The notes under the pieces are model-generated. The model was not told the DNA's origin and did not search any database. It worked only from the letters and a program-made list of their open reading frames with translations. Of a stretch of 64,000 bases of DNA, positions 28,969-38,091 are shown one piece after another. Position 1 is the stretch's first letter. Each line of letters starts with the position of its first letter. The DNA comes from Patescibacteria group bacterium (GTDB taxonomy: Bacteria; Patescibacteriota; Patescibacteriia; UBA9934). Location of the stretch: assembly GCA_041666205.1 (NCBI GenBank), contig JBAYHI010000003.1, positions 13,215-77,214 of the forward strand, written 5' to 3'. The position numbers and the translations under genes are program-made.

Positions 28969-29940
28969 ATGCAAGAGGGTGCTTCACTACTCGCAGTCCA
29001 CCATCAGAGCGTGCAAGACGCCTTGGCACTTTTTGGTGTCTCGCGTGCGGGGCTCTGCGAAGAAGATGTGCTTGTGCGCGGCGCTTCATTGGCACGACCA
29101 ACGTCATGCACGGTTGCCATTGTGCGACGGCAACAACATTTGCGACAGGTGGATGCTGAGGGGTTGGTTGAAGGAGATATTGTGCTCTTGCGCCCGGGTT
29201 TTTCTGTTTTTGCCGATGGGAGGCTCCTCCTTGCATCAGATCTCCACATGAATGAGCTCCAGATATTTGGAAATACTGATGTGCATAAGCAATTGGCTGC
29301 GCTTTTGCCAGAAACACTTCCCATCGATGCAACCAATATGGTATTTGCTGGTTCACGCGTCCTCTCCGGAACAGGCGAATACGTTGTAACCGCACCATCG
29401 GATAAATCGCTTTGCAGAAAATTCAATCTTTGTGATGTAGCATGCGAACCCGTCACAGACGTCTGCTTGGAGTTCGTGGAGTCCTCGGTGTCTGATCGCG
29501 AGCTTTTGTGTTTGCATGCAACCTTGGGCGATGAACTCATCTTAAATCCGCATACTGGCGTGTTCGAATCCATTGGCGGGCGTTATGAAAAAGCGATCGC
29601 CTTGTTTTTGCAACAGCATCCCATGGAAATCGGGTTGCGCGTTTTTCATCATCCCATGGATGCGGAACGTGGTGTTGCTATCGCAGTCGTAGAAATGGTT
29701 GGTGGGCGTACGGTTTTGCTTGCGGGGGAAGCCGATGTCCTGTTGCCGCTGCTTGATATCACCGATAAAGAACGCTCTCAAATCACAAGAAAACTTCAGG
29801 ATGCGCGAAAAAAACACATGCTCACCCTTCTTCTTGCAGAAACGCCAGGGAGTGAGCAGGCACAAACAGTTGATGCACTTGGCGATCTCTCGTATGTCGG
29901 GCTGGTGTATTTTTCGGCGATAAAAAACAAGAACTCCTAA
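28969..29940 (+). CDS. Soluble P-type-ATPase-like protein (Cation_ATPase_N + actuator + partial nucleotide-binding domain) lacking TM helices and the DKTGT phosphorylation motif
   Basis: 'SVQDALALFGVSRAGLCEEDV' N-domain, then 'VEGDIVLLRPGFSVFADGRLLLASDLHMNELQIFGNTD' (A-domain; TGES degenerate), then 'GRTVLLAGEADVLL...HMLTLLLAE' (N-domain-like). No hydrophobic segments. Confidence 0.6.
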   Translation: MQEGASLLAVHHQSVQDALALFGVSRAGLCEEDVLVRGASLARPTSCTVAIVRRQQHLRQVDAEGLVEGDIVLLRPGFSVFADGRLLLASDLHMNELQIFGNTDVHKQLAALLPETLPIDATNMVFAGSRVLSGTGEYVVTAPSDKSLCRKFNLCDVACEPVTDVCLEFVESSVSDRELLCLHATLGDELILNPHTGVFESIGGRYEKAIALFLQQHPMEIGLRVFHHPMDAERGVAIAVVEMVGGRTVLLAGEADVLLPLLDITDKERSQITRKLQDARKKHMLTLLLAETPGSEQAQTVDALGDLSYVGLVYFSAIKNKNS

Positions 29941-29966
29941 ACCTTGGTATACTAGTAAAAAATCGT

Positions 29967-31424
29967 ATGGATTTTACACGCATTGAAAATTTTCAAGACG
30001 CTGTGGTGACTGTGATGGGTCTTGGGCGTTATAAACAAGGAAGTGGGCTGGGCGCTGCCAAGTGGCTTATTCGCCATGGCGCGCAAACCATTATTACGGA
30101 TTTGAAAGATCAAACCGAGCTTGAGGAATCCATGTCGCTCGTTACCGAGTGGTATGAAAAATATCGCACGCTGTACCCGAATCGCACGATTTACCAGCCG
30201 ATTTTTGTGCTGGGCGAACACCGCAAAGAAGATTTCACCGATGTAGACTGTGTGGTGCAAAATCCTGGGGTGCCGAGTGAATCAGAATTTATTCTTGCGG
30301 CAAAAGAAAAAGGCGTCTCCATCGAATCCGACGTCAGTTTATTTTTCCGTTATTGCCCGTATCCCATTATTGCGGTCACGGGAACAAAAGGGAAAACCAC
30401 CACCACCAAACTTATTGGCACCATGCTCGAGACACGCGACCCGCAAGCTGTGACGGCTGGGAATATCAAAGTGAGTCCGCTAGAAACGCTCGATGAACTG
30501 CTCACGCGTGGCGAGCCAACGCTTGTTGTATTGGAACTCTCGTCGTGGCTTTTGGAAAGTTTGCCACCGGCGTTTGCTGATCTCAAAAAAGGACCCGATA
30601 TCTCGATTCTTACCAATGTCTACCCGGATCACTTGAATCGCTATCCAAGTTATGGCGATTATATCCATTCAAAAGAAATTATTTTCCTCGATCAAACTGC
30701 CGATCAATATACGATTCTCAATTGGGATCACGAAACCGTGCGTTCCATGGAGCCGGAAGTAAAAGGGCATTTGTTTTGGTGCTCAAAAACGTATCAGAAA
30801 CACGATGGGTGTTTTGTAAAAGATGGGCAGGTGGTTATTCGCATGGGGGAGATTGAGGAAGTGGTGATTCCGGTTGCCGATATTGCGCTCAAAGGGGATC
30901 ACAATTTGGAAAATATCTTATCCTCGGTTTGTGCGGCGCGTTTGCGTGGTATTCCAGTTGAGTTGGTGCGTGAGGTTTTGAAGACCTTCCAAGGTGTTTC
31001 GGATCGCCAGGAATTGGTGCGTGAAGTTGATGAGATTTCGTATGTGAACGATACAACGGCTACGGCGCCTGACGCAGTGATTGCGGCGCTCAAACGCTTT
31101 GGAAACGATGGCGACATTATTCTCATTGCCGGCGGAGTTGATAAGAAGATGGATTTCAAGGGCATGGTTGAGGAAACCGTGAAAACGTGCAAACACGTGA
31201 TTTTATTTGATGGCGATGCGTCCGACATTATTGAAACAGGCATTGCGGGTCGGATTCCTGTGGAAACGCATGTGAAATCTATGAAAGAAGCCGTGCAAAA
31301 AGCAAAAGCCCTAGCAAAAACAGGCGATATTGTTTTGCTCTCGCCAGGTGCGGCAAGCTTCAATTTGTTTAAAAACGAATTTGATCGCGGAGAACAATTC
31401 CGCGAGGAAGTCCGTAACCTCTAA
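29967..31424 (+). CDS. murD: UDP-N-acetylmuramoylalanine--D-glutamate ligase
   Basis: N-terminal Rossmann 'VTVMGLGRYKQGSGLGAAKWL' and Mur ligase P-loop 'AVTGTKGKTTTTKLIG'. MurD-like domain order. Confidence 0.8.
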   Translation: MDFTRIENFQDAVVTVMGLGRYKQGSGLGAAKWLIRHGAQTIITDLKDQTELEESMSLVTEWYEKYRTLYPNRTIYQPIFVLGEHRKEDFTDVDCVVQNPGVPSESEFILAAKEKGVSIESDVSLFFRYCPYPIIAVTGTKGKTTTTKLIGTMLETRDPQAVTAGNIKVSPLETLDELLTRGEPTLVVLELSSWLLESLPPAFADLKKGPDISILTNVYPDHLNRYPSYGDYIHSKEIIFLDQTADQYTILNWDHETVRSMEPEVKGHLFWCSKTYQKHDGCFVKDGQVVIRMGEIEEVVIPVADIALKGDHNLENILSSVCAARLRGIPVELVREVLKTFQGVSDRQELVREVDEISYVNDTTATAPDAVIAALKRFGNDGDIILIAGGVDKKMDFKGMVEETVKTCKHVILFDGDASDIIETGIAGRIPVETHVKSMKEAVQKAKALAKTGDIVLLSPGAASFNLFKNEFDRGEQFREEVRNL

Positions 31425-31426
31425 CC

Positions 31427-32755
31427 ATGACGCTCAAATCGCTCATTCGTCCATTTATTCCAGCGCTCGTTTTCCGTGCGTATCATTTTGCCTTAGCCGC
31501 AAGCGCAGCGATTTTTTACGGAAATCCTTCCTCCAAAATGATTGTGATTGGGGTCACGGGCACGAATGGAAAATCCTCAACCGTGCAATTTATTTCTCAG
31601 CTCCTTGATTATCTTGGGTATAAAAACGGCTATACAACCACGGCAGGGTTTTCCATTGCGGGTCAGCAAATCGAAAATCGCATGAAAATGACCATGCCAG
31701 GGCGATTCTATTTGCAGCGCTTGCTAAGCGATATGCAAAAAGCCGGATGCGCATATGCGCTGGTGGAAACGTCTTCGCAAGGCCTTGATCAATATCGTCA
31801 TTTGGGCGTGAATTATGACGCAGCGCTTTTCACAAATCTCACGCCAGAACATATTGAAGCGCATGGCGGATTCGATGCGTATAAGCGCGCAAAGGGAAAA
31901 CTATTTGCGCATCTCACACAGTTGCCAGAGAAAGTAATTGACAGCAAGGAGATTCCAAAAACGATTCTCGTAAACGACGATGATCCGCACGCGGATTATT
32001 TTGCATCGTTTCCGTCCGATCGTACGATTCGATTTGGGTGGAACAGTGCGGAGTCTAGTCGCGATCGCCTTGTTGCGCACTACCATGTGAACACCGCGTC
32101 GCATACAACCTTTGAGGTGAATGGGGTGCCGATGCAAACATCGCTTCGTGCCGCGTATCAACATAAAAATATTTTGGCCGCGATTGCAGCCGTATATGCG
32201 TACGACATTCCTCTTACGGAAATTGCAGAAGCGGTTGAGAAATTACAACCAATCCCCGGGCGATTTGAATCTGTTGATCTGGGTCAACCGTTTCATGTGA
32301 TTGTCGATTATGCCTATGAGCCGTATGCGCTCGAAGCCTTGTATGAGGCCGCAAAGATTTTGAAACCAAAACGCGTGATCGGCGTTCATGGCTCGGCAGG
32401 CGGGGGACGCGATATTGCGCGACGCGTGGAAATCGGCAAACTCGCTGGGGAAAAAGAAGAGATTGTGTTTGTTACAAATGAAGATCCGTACGATGAAGAT
32501 CCGCGCCAGATCATTGAGCAGGTTGCGGAGGGCGCAAAACTCGTTGGCAAGGTTGAAAGCAAAGATTTACGATTGGTGACAGACCGCGCGGAAGCGATTG
32601 CGCAAGCGATCGGGGAAGCGCAAGAAGGCGACCTTGTATTGATCACGGGCAAAGGTTCGGAGCCAGTGATGGCTGTGGCAAATGGGAAGAAAATTCCTTG
32701 GAGTGATTTACAAGAAGCAAAAAACGCTCTACATTCATTAGGATATGGCGCTTGA
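31427..32755 (+). CDS. Mur ligase family protein (MurE/MurC-like; N-terminal substrate domain apparently absent)
   Basis: P-loop 'VIGVTGTNGKSST' at residue about 44. C-terminal 'GDLVLITGKGSEPVMAVANGKKIPWSDLQEAKNAL' is the Mur ligase C-domain. Confidence 0.7.
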   Translation: MTLKSLIRPFIPALVFRAYHFALAASAAIFYGNPSSKMIVIGVTGTNGKSSTVQFISQLLDYLGYKNGYTTTAGFSIAGQQIENRMKMTMPGRFYLQRLLSDMQKAGCAYALVETSSQGLDQYRHLGVNYDAALFTNLTPEHIEAHGGFDAYKRAKGKLFAHLTQLPEKVIDSKEIPKTILVNDDDPHADYFASFPSDRTIRFGWNSAESSRDRLVAHYHVNTASHTTFEVNGVPMQTSLRAAYQHKNILAAIAAVYAYDIPLTEIAEAVEKLQPIPGRFESVDLGQPFHVIVDYAYEPYALEALYEAAKILKPKRVIGVHGSAGGGRDIARRVEIGKLAGEKEEIVFVTNEDPYDEDPRQIIEQVAEGAKLVGKVESKDLRLVTDRAEAIAQAIGEAQEGDLVLITGKGSEPVMAVANGKKIPWSDLQEAKNALHSLGYGA

Positions 32756-33290
32756 ATTTGTAAAATTTAATCCAAATGAGGAAATCGTTGGCGTGGTTCG
32801 CCAGAGTAGTTTATTGGCCTGGCCACGGTTGGCGCTTGCTGGGCTTTGGTTTTTGCTTCCGTTTTTTTTCTTTTTCCCTCTGCTTTCTTTGGGCCTAAGC
32901 GGATTTGCGATTTTTTTGGCACTCGCCGCCTCTGGAATGTATGTGGCATTTCGTACTTGGCTTCGATGGCGCAATACGGTTTTGTTCATTACCAATGAAC
33001 GGGTGATTGATGTGGTGCAACAAGGATTATTTGATCATGAGATTTCCGATTTGGCACTCCAGGATGTAAGTGATGTGCGGGTAGAGAAAAAAGGATGGAT
33101 TGCAAAGCGGCTTGATCTTGGGGTCTTGACCCTAGAGACCATCAAATCAAGCGAATTTGATTTGCGCATGGAAGGTGTGTCGCATTCAGAGCGTGTGCGT
33201 GATCTGATTTTAGAGCTCGCACTCCTTTCGCAAGGAAAAACGCTTCCAACAGAATTCTCCCATGAACGTATTGCCTATGATGAAGCATGA
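32745..33290 (+). CDS. Membrane protein with bacterial PH domain (YdbS/DUF304-like)
   Basis: Two TM helices followed by 'ITNERVIDVVQQGLFDHEISDLALQDVSDVRVEKKGWIAKRLDLGVLTLET'. Confidence 0.6.
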   Translation: MALEFVKFNPNEEIVGVVRQSSLLAWPRLALAGLWFLLPFFFFFPLLSLGLSGFAIFLALAASGMYVAFRTWLRWRNTVLFITNERVIDVVQQGLFDHEISDLALQDVSDVRVEKKGWIAKRLDLGVLTLETIKSSEFDLRMEGVSHSERVRDLILELALLSQGKTLPTEFSHERIAYDEA

Positions 33291-33678
33291 TCGCCCACGC
33301 GGAAAAAAATGGCGATGGTTCTTGGCAATGAACCTTGGGGTTTTTGTTTTTTTGGGCATGGCATTCGGCCGAGAATACGTTGGTCATTTACAAGTAGAGC
33401 ATGAAATTGCTCGCCTGCAAGCGGAGTACACCGATGTCGTGGATTCACAACTGGAGACTGTTTCGCTCTTGAGCCAGCTTGCAAGTCCGTATTATTTGGA
33501 GGGTGAGGCGCGCGTCAAACAAGGTCTTGGTAAAGATGGGGAAACGCTCCTGGTCATTGAAACGCCTCAGGTGACAACGTCCTCCGCGTCCGCGAGCGAG
33601 GAGCGTGTGATTTCAAATCCGATCAATTGGTTTTATTATTTTTTTGATGCCTCAGGCGCGATGCGCCAATCCTTATGA
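33277..33678 (+). CDS. Septum formation initiator (FtsB/DivIC-like): TM helix plus coiled coil
   Basis: Basic N-terminus, one TM helix, then heptad-like 'EHEIARLQAEYTDVVDSQLETVSLLSQL'. Alternative ATG at 33262. Confidence 0.55.
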   Translation: MMKHDRPRGKKWRWFLAMNLGVFVFLGMAFGREYVGHLQVEHEIARLQAEYTDVVDSQLETVSLLSQLASPYYLEGEARVKQGLGKDGETLLVIETPQVTTSSASASEERVISNPINWFYYFFDASGAMRQSL

Positions 33679-34565
33679 CGCTCGTGCCACGCGCCTATCG
33701 TGACGAGTCCGCATCGTTTTACCCGGTGCGGTTTTTGCATATTTTTATTCTGGTCTGTGCATTACTGGCATTGGTTGGGGGGATTTTTGGTGTGGTTGCG
33801 TTTTATCAATCCCATTGGTTTACCCCGGCTTCGCGCACGATTGCGCGTATCCTTCCATTGCCCGTGGCGCTTCTTGACTATACGCCGGTTTGGTATTACG
33901 AGGCAGCGGATTTTGCCGCGGTATTTGATGTGTACGGAGATAATGGGGAGGTGTTGGACGATCCATTTGAATCTGGAATAGCGCGCGCCATTGATTATAA
34001 ATTGCTCCATGAATTTACCCGTGAACGCGGCGTGACCGTTTCCCGGCAAGACATGAATGCGTACCCGGTCGAGGCGGCAGATTTAGAAACATTTTTAGAC
34101 GATACGCATTGGAATCAGCGGCAATACAATCAGTACGTGATTGAGCCACTGCTCGCGGCACAAGAACTGGAAACCATGATTTTAGCTTCGGAAGAAGATC
34201 AGCGCACGGTCGTTGCGGAAATGGAATCGATTTTGGAGCGCATTGATTTGGGGGTTGCATTTGGAGACCTGGCAACACAGTATTCTGACGACCCATCTTC
34301 GGATTATGCTGGGATCTTGGGGTTCCTCGAAGCGAGCGCATTTCAAAATGGACTCACACCGATTTTTGATCTTCCGGTGGGCTATATTTCTCCAATCTTG
34401 GAGGCAGAAACGTATTTTGTGGTCGCCAAGGTTTTGGATGAAGTTGTGATAGATGGCGTCCGCACGCAAGTGAATATTCAAATTATTACAAAGAATAAGA
34501 ATGGATTGCAGGAGGTTTTTGAAGATTATAAACAATCAAAAACCATCCGAAACCTCATTCCGTAG
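33675..34565 (+). CDS. Parvulin-type peptidyl-prolyl isomerase (SurA/PrsA-like), membrane-anchored
   Basis: N-terminal TM helix; PpiC domain 'GDLATQYSDDPSSDYAGILGFLEASAFQNGLTPIFDLPVGYISPILEAETYFVVAKV'. Confidence 0.7.
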   Translation: MTLVPRAYRDESASFYPVRFLHIFILVCALLALVGGIFGVVAFYQSHWFTPASRTIARILPLPVALLDYTPVWYYEAADFAAVFDVYGDNGEVLDDPFESGIARAIDYKLLHEFTRERGVTVSRQDMNAYPVEAADLETFLDDTHWNQRQYNQYVIEPLLAAQELETMILASEEDQRTVVAEMESILERIDLGVAFGDLATQYSDDPSSDYAGILGFLEASAFQNGLTPIFDLPVGYISPILEAETYFVVAKVLDEVVIDGVRTQVNIQIITKNKNGLQEVFEDYKQSKTIRNLIP

Positions 34566-34607
34566 GTCTCGACAACACGAAAAACTTGTGTTATAACGTC
34601 ACAACCT

Positions 34608-34683
34608 GCGGTAGTAGCTCAGTTGGTAGAGCATTTGCTTCCCAAGCAAAGGGTCGCCGGTCCGAATCCGGTCTACCGCTCCA
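34608..34683 (+). tRNA. tRNA-Gly (anticodon CCC)
   Basis: Acceptor gcggtag/ctaccgc, anticodon loop tTCCCaa, CCA encoded. Extended -10 'tgtTATAAC' (34589..34597) lies 10 nt upstream. Confidence 0.88.
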
Positions 34684-34972
34684 CCGAGCTTAGCTCGGTT
34701 TCTGTAAGATGATGGACGCTCAGCGTCCATCAAGGAAACAAAAAGTTTGCTAAGCTCGGTGGCCAGTCACGCTAAGCGTGACCACAAAGAAACCGAATTA
34801 CAGCGCTTAACGTTAGCCTCAGTTTGAGGTAAGTGTTCTTAAACAAGGTGAGCGTCTTGGATTTTACAGCCGGCTAGAAGAGAGATCGGTTTTCATGCCC
34901 ATTGTAAATTGCAAACCTGAAGGATTGCGTATAAATTTGGATAAAAAGCGCAGTTCTTGATAAGGTGAGCGT

Positions 34973-35080
34973 ATAAATTTTGGACTGATGCTAGGAGACG
35001 AGGGAGCGACGACGAGCCGTACCCAGATGTACGGTGAGGAGGCGCGCACCGAGGCGACAACGCAGCAGACAAAATTTATA
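34973..35080 (+). repeat. 108-nt TIR element, copy 2 (TATAAATTTT...AAAATTTATA)
   Basis: About 80% identical to the reverse complement of 8917..9025. Central hairpin ccgtac-N6-gtacgg. A partial TIR duplicate lies at 34927..34941. Confidence 0.7.
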
Positions 35081-35091
35081 GCGAACAATAT

Positions 35092-35167
35092 GCCATCGTA
35101 GCTCAGCTGGTAGAGCAATGCTTTCGTAAAGCAGAGGTCGGCGGTTCGAATCCGCCCGATGGCTCCA
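35092..35167 (+). tRNA. tRNA-Thr (anticodon CGT)
   Basis: Acceptor gccatcg/cgatggc, anticodon loop tTCGTaa, T-arm ggcggTTCGAATccgcc, CCA encoded. One A·G mismatch in the anticodon stem. Confidence 0.82.
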
Positions 35168-35279
35168 TCCCGTTAGAGATTAAGTAGATCAACATATCTG
35201 ATGTGAGACTAGTAACGTCGTTGCTACTCCCAGCTCAAAGCTGTTGGCCACTCTATCTCTAACGGGATCCATAACGTGT

Positions 35280-35540
35280 ATGTATTTTACGTACGTTCTA
35301 CGAAACGAAAAATTGCAAATATACGTTGGTTACACGAATGATCTTCAAAAACGTTTTTCTTTGCACCAAGAGAAGAAAGTATTCTCTACTCGACGAATGG
35401 GAGGCACTTGGACACTAATCTATTACGAGGCTTGTCTGAACCAATTTGATGCCTTGGCCCGAGAACGCTATTTGAAAAGTGGCCCTGGTCGCGCATTTCT
35501 TAGAAAACGCATTCCGCATACTTTGACCAAACCAATGTAA
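35280..35540 (+). CDS. GIY-YIG nuclease-superfamily protein (UPF0213/YhbQ-like)
   Basis: 'MYFTYVLRNEKLQIYVGYTNDLQKRFSLHQE...LARERYLKSGPGRAFLRK' matches a compact GIY-YIG domain. Gene lies directly after tRNA-Thr, bracketed by 11-bp inverted repeats (35169..35179 / 35254..35264). Confidence 0.7.
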   Translation: MYFTYVLRNEKLQIYVGYTNDLQKRFSLHQEKKVFSTRRMGGTWTLIYYEACLNQFDALARERYLKSGPGRAFLRKRIPHTLTKPM

Positions 35541-35570
35541 ACCACCCCGTCTGCGGGGTGTTTTGTGTTT
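35541..35570 (+). terminator. Rho-independent terminator 'accaccccgtctgcggggtgttttgtgttt'
   Basis: GC stem plus T-tract. Near-identical copy at 36426..36454. Confidence 0.75.
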
Positions 35571-35586
35571 CTATGGCCCCGGCTCT

Positions 35587-35613
35587 TGACAGGAATGTTA
35601 GAATGATATAACA
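35587..35613 (+). promoter_or_regulatory. Sigma70-like promoter TTGACA-N15-TATAAC
   Basis: Consensus -35 at 35587..35592 with a -10-like hexamer upstream of the 35622 gene. Confidence 0.5.
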
Positions 35614-35621
35614 TCAAAACA

Positions 35622-36215
35622 ATGTTACTTAATTCTAACTTTATGACAGAAAAAGAATTTCGAGTTTACAATCTGGTTGCGACGATGATTATTGGGTTTG
35701 TGAGCTCATTGCTTTTCCAGAACGAGCTATATTGGTTATTCGGGCTCGTATGGATTCTTCTTGGTCTTGCCGTTTGGTTTGTACAACGCCGTGTAAAGGG
35801 AGTTGTAGTCGATGAACGAGATCGCGAACTTGAAGCTCGTGCGGCTCGATATGCCATGTGGAGTTATTCAACGATCGGCATGATTGTCGTCCTGGTATTG
35901 CTGTCGTTCCAGTCTGTTAATCCCATTTTTGAAACGATTGCGATGACTCTCCTTTGCACTTTGTTTGGGTTCGTTCTGGTTTTTTTGTGTATTTTTCTTT
36001 TCCTAAAGCAAACGACCGCATCAATTGTTGGCGCATGCGTCATTATTGGTCTTTCGTTGTTCATGCTGATGGCATTCTCCGGCATATTCTATACGGAACT
36101 CATGGGTGGCCAAGATATGTGGGGGTGCGAAGATGGTGCGTGGGTGTTGATTCGAGACGGAAAAATCGATGTCCCGATGCCGACCGAAACGTGCGCGCAA
36201 CGGATGCCGATGTAA
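35622..36215 (+). CDS. Membrane protein (4 TM, DUF2178-like), hypothetical
   Basis: Hydrophobic ORF paired with a downstream XRE-family regulator. Confidence 0.55.
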   Translation: MLLNSNFMTEKEFRVYNLVATMIIGFVSSLLFQNELYWLFGLVWILLGLAVWFVQRRVKGVVVDERDRELEARAARYAMWSYSTIGMIVVLVLLSFQSVNPIFETIAMTLLCTLFGFVLVFLCIFLFLKQTTASIVGACVIIGLSLFMLMAFSGIFYTELMGGQDMWGCEDGAWVLIRDGKIDVPMPTETCAQRMPM

Positions 36216-36222
36216 ACAGGAT

Positions 36223-36411
36223 ATGGAAAATAACATTAAAGAACTTCGCGCGAAGTTTAAGATGACGCAGGAAGATCTCGCGAATAAAGTTCGCGTGCGG
36301 CGCGAAACCATCGTCTTCCTGGAACAGGGAAAATACAATCCGTCTCTTCGGCTCGCGCACGATGTCGCAGACGCCCTGAAAACGACCATTGACGAGTTAT
36401 TCCAATTCTAA
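36223..36411 (+). CDS. HTH XRE-family transcriptional regulator (62 aa)
   Basis: '[39 protein letters not shown]' is a classic Cro/CI-type HTH. ATG at 36223 with AGGA 4 nt upstream. Confidence 0.8.
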   Translation: MENNIKELRAKFKMTQEDLANKVRVRRETIVFLEQGKYNPSLRLAHDVADALKTTIDELFQF

Positions 36412-36425
36412 AATTCTTTTTACAA

Positions 36426-36459
36426 ACCACCCCATCCGCGGGGTGTTTTGTGTTATAAT
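36426..36459 (+). terminator. Terminator 'accaccccatccgcggggtgttttgtgtt' fused to an extended -10 (TGtTATAAT, 36451..36459) for ftsE
   Basis: TATAAT ends 6 nt before the ftsE ATG at 36466, which suggests a leaderless transcript. Confidence 0.6.
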
Positions 36460-36465
36460 ATCCCC

Positions 36466-37149
36466 ATGATTGAACTGCGCAATGTCACAAAGCATTACGC
36501 GCCTCATACAAATGCTCTCAAGAGCATTTCTTTGCATATCCGGCCCGGGGAATTTGTGTCCGTGGTCGGGCAAAGCGGTTCGGGGAAAACCACACTCGCA
36601 AAACTGCTTTTTGCCGAGGAACGTCCCACGAAGGGGAAAATTATTATTGGCGATTGGGACATTTCCGCCATTCATCAACACGAGATTCCGATTTTGCGTC
36701 GTCAAATTGGGGTGGTATTCCAAGATTACAAGCTCCTACAGCGCAAAACGATTTTCGAAAATATTGCATTCGCACTAGAAGTTGCCGGCGCACCACAAAA
36801 AACGATCCGTGATATCGTGCCCAACGTGTTGAAAATCGTAGGGCTTGGCGATAAAAAAGATCGCTATCCACGCCAACTATCCGGTGGCGAGCAACAACGT
36901 GTTTCCATTGCGCGATCGCTTGTGCATCGCCCAAAAATTTTGGTTGCCGATGAGCCTACGGGAAATCTTGATGCCATCCATTCCCATGAAATTATCGAAC
37001 TCTTGAAGCGCATCAATGAATATGGCACCACGGTCGTGCTTGTTACACACGATCGTGAAATTGTGAACGCTCTCAAAAAACGGGTGATCACGCTTCAGGA
37101 TGGCGAAATCGCGTCTGATATTGAACACGGTAAATACATTCTTTCATGA
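36466..37149 (+). CDS. ftsE: Cell division ATP-binding protein FtsE
   Basis: Walker A 'GQSGSGKTT', ABC signature '[13 protein letters not shown]', Walker B '[12 protein letters not shown]'. Followed by ftsX with an ATGA overlap. Confidence 0.9.
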   Translation: MIELRNVTKHYAPHTNALKSISLHIRPGEFVSVVGQSGSGKTTLAKLLFAEERPTKGKIIIGDWDISAIHQHEIPILRRQIGVVFQDYKLLQRKTIFENIAFALEVAGAPQKTIRDIVPNVLKIVGLGDKKDRYPRQLSGGEQQRVSIARSLVHRPKILVADEPTGNLDAIHSHEIIELLKRINEYGTTVVLVTHDREIVNALKKRVITLQDGEIASDIEHGKYILS

Positions 37150-38066
37150 GCCTCTATCTTTCTACGATGCGTGTTTTTCGATTCACCTTCCAGAATATCT
37201 TCCGAAATTTCTGGCTCTCGTTTGTGTCCATGACGGTTTTTGTGCTCACGCTCCTTACGGTGAACTGTGTCATCATCATGAACGTGCTAGCAAGCGCTAC
37301 GCTCGAAAGCGTTGAACGCAAAGTTGAAGTCACCATTTATTTCAATGCCGATGCTACGGAAGATTTGGTGAAGGGCGCACAAGGGTATTTGCTGGGCTTG
37401 CCGCAGGTGCGTGATGTTTCGTATATTTCCGACGCCGATGCGCTCGATGCATTTATGCGAGCAAATGCCAATGATCCATTGGTGCTTGAATCGCTTGAAG
37501 AACTCGATCGCAATCCGTTTGGTCATTCTTTGGTGGTGTCTGCACATTCCTCTGACGATTTTCCATTTATTCTTGAAGCGATTGAAACCCCTGAGTTCTC
37601 CCCATTCATCAAAGAAAAAGATACAGCCGACTATGATCGGATCATTGAGGGCATTCAAAATTTGAGCACCAAAGTCCGTTGGGGCGGCATTGCCTTGGCA
37701 GGATTTTTCGCGCTCGTTGCCATGCTCATTATTTTCAATACGATTCGCGTTGCCATTTATGTGCATCGTGAAGAAATCGGCATTATGAAGCTTGTGGGTG
37801 CAAACGATTGGTTTGTGCGCGGTCCGTTTATTTTAGAATCTCTCATTTACAGCGCAGTGGCAGCTCTCGTAATGCTTGGGTTGATTGCCTTGGTGCTTGG
37901 CGCCATGCAACCATGGATTTTGCGTTTCTTTGGCGACATTGATACGAGCCTTTCGGCGTATTATTGGAAAAACGGACTCTGGATTTTTGGTGGGCAGTGG
38001 ATCGCGCTCTCGGTCCTCAGCCTCGCAACCACCTTTATTGCCATGCGACGCTACCTTCGGGTATAG
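37146..38066 (+). CDS. ftsX: Cell division permease FtsX
   Basis: One N-terminal TM, periplasmic domain, three C-terminal TM helices; FtsX-like. Confidence 0.85.
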   Translation: MSLYLSTMRVFRFTFQNIFRNFWLSFVSMTVFVLTLLTVNCVIIMNVLASATLESVERKVEVTIYFNADATEDLVKGAQGYLLGLPQVRDVSYISDADALDAFMRANANDPLVLESLEELDRNPFGHSLVVSAHSSDDFPFILEAIETPEFSPFIKEKDTADYDRIIEGIQNLSTKVRWGGIALAGFFALVAMLIIFNTIRVAIYVHREEIGIMKLVGANDWFVRGPFILESLIYSAVAALVMLGLIALVLGAMQPWILRFFGDIDTSLSAYYWKNGLWIFGGQWIALSVLSLATTFIAMRRYLRV

Positions 38067-38091
38067 TCTGTCTTCAATTGATTTTGATCCT

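Noticed and set aside
34684-35091. tmRNA, RNase P or SRP RNA in the tRNA spacer
   Set aside because: There is no tRNA-like 5'/3' acceptor pairing or T-arm outside the two tRNAs. There is no GGAAAGTCCGG (P4) or SRP domain IV motif, and no tag-like reading frame ending in AA.
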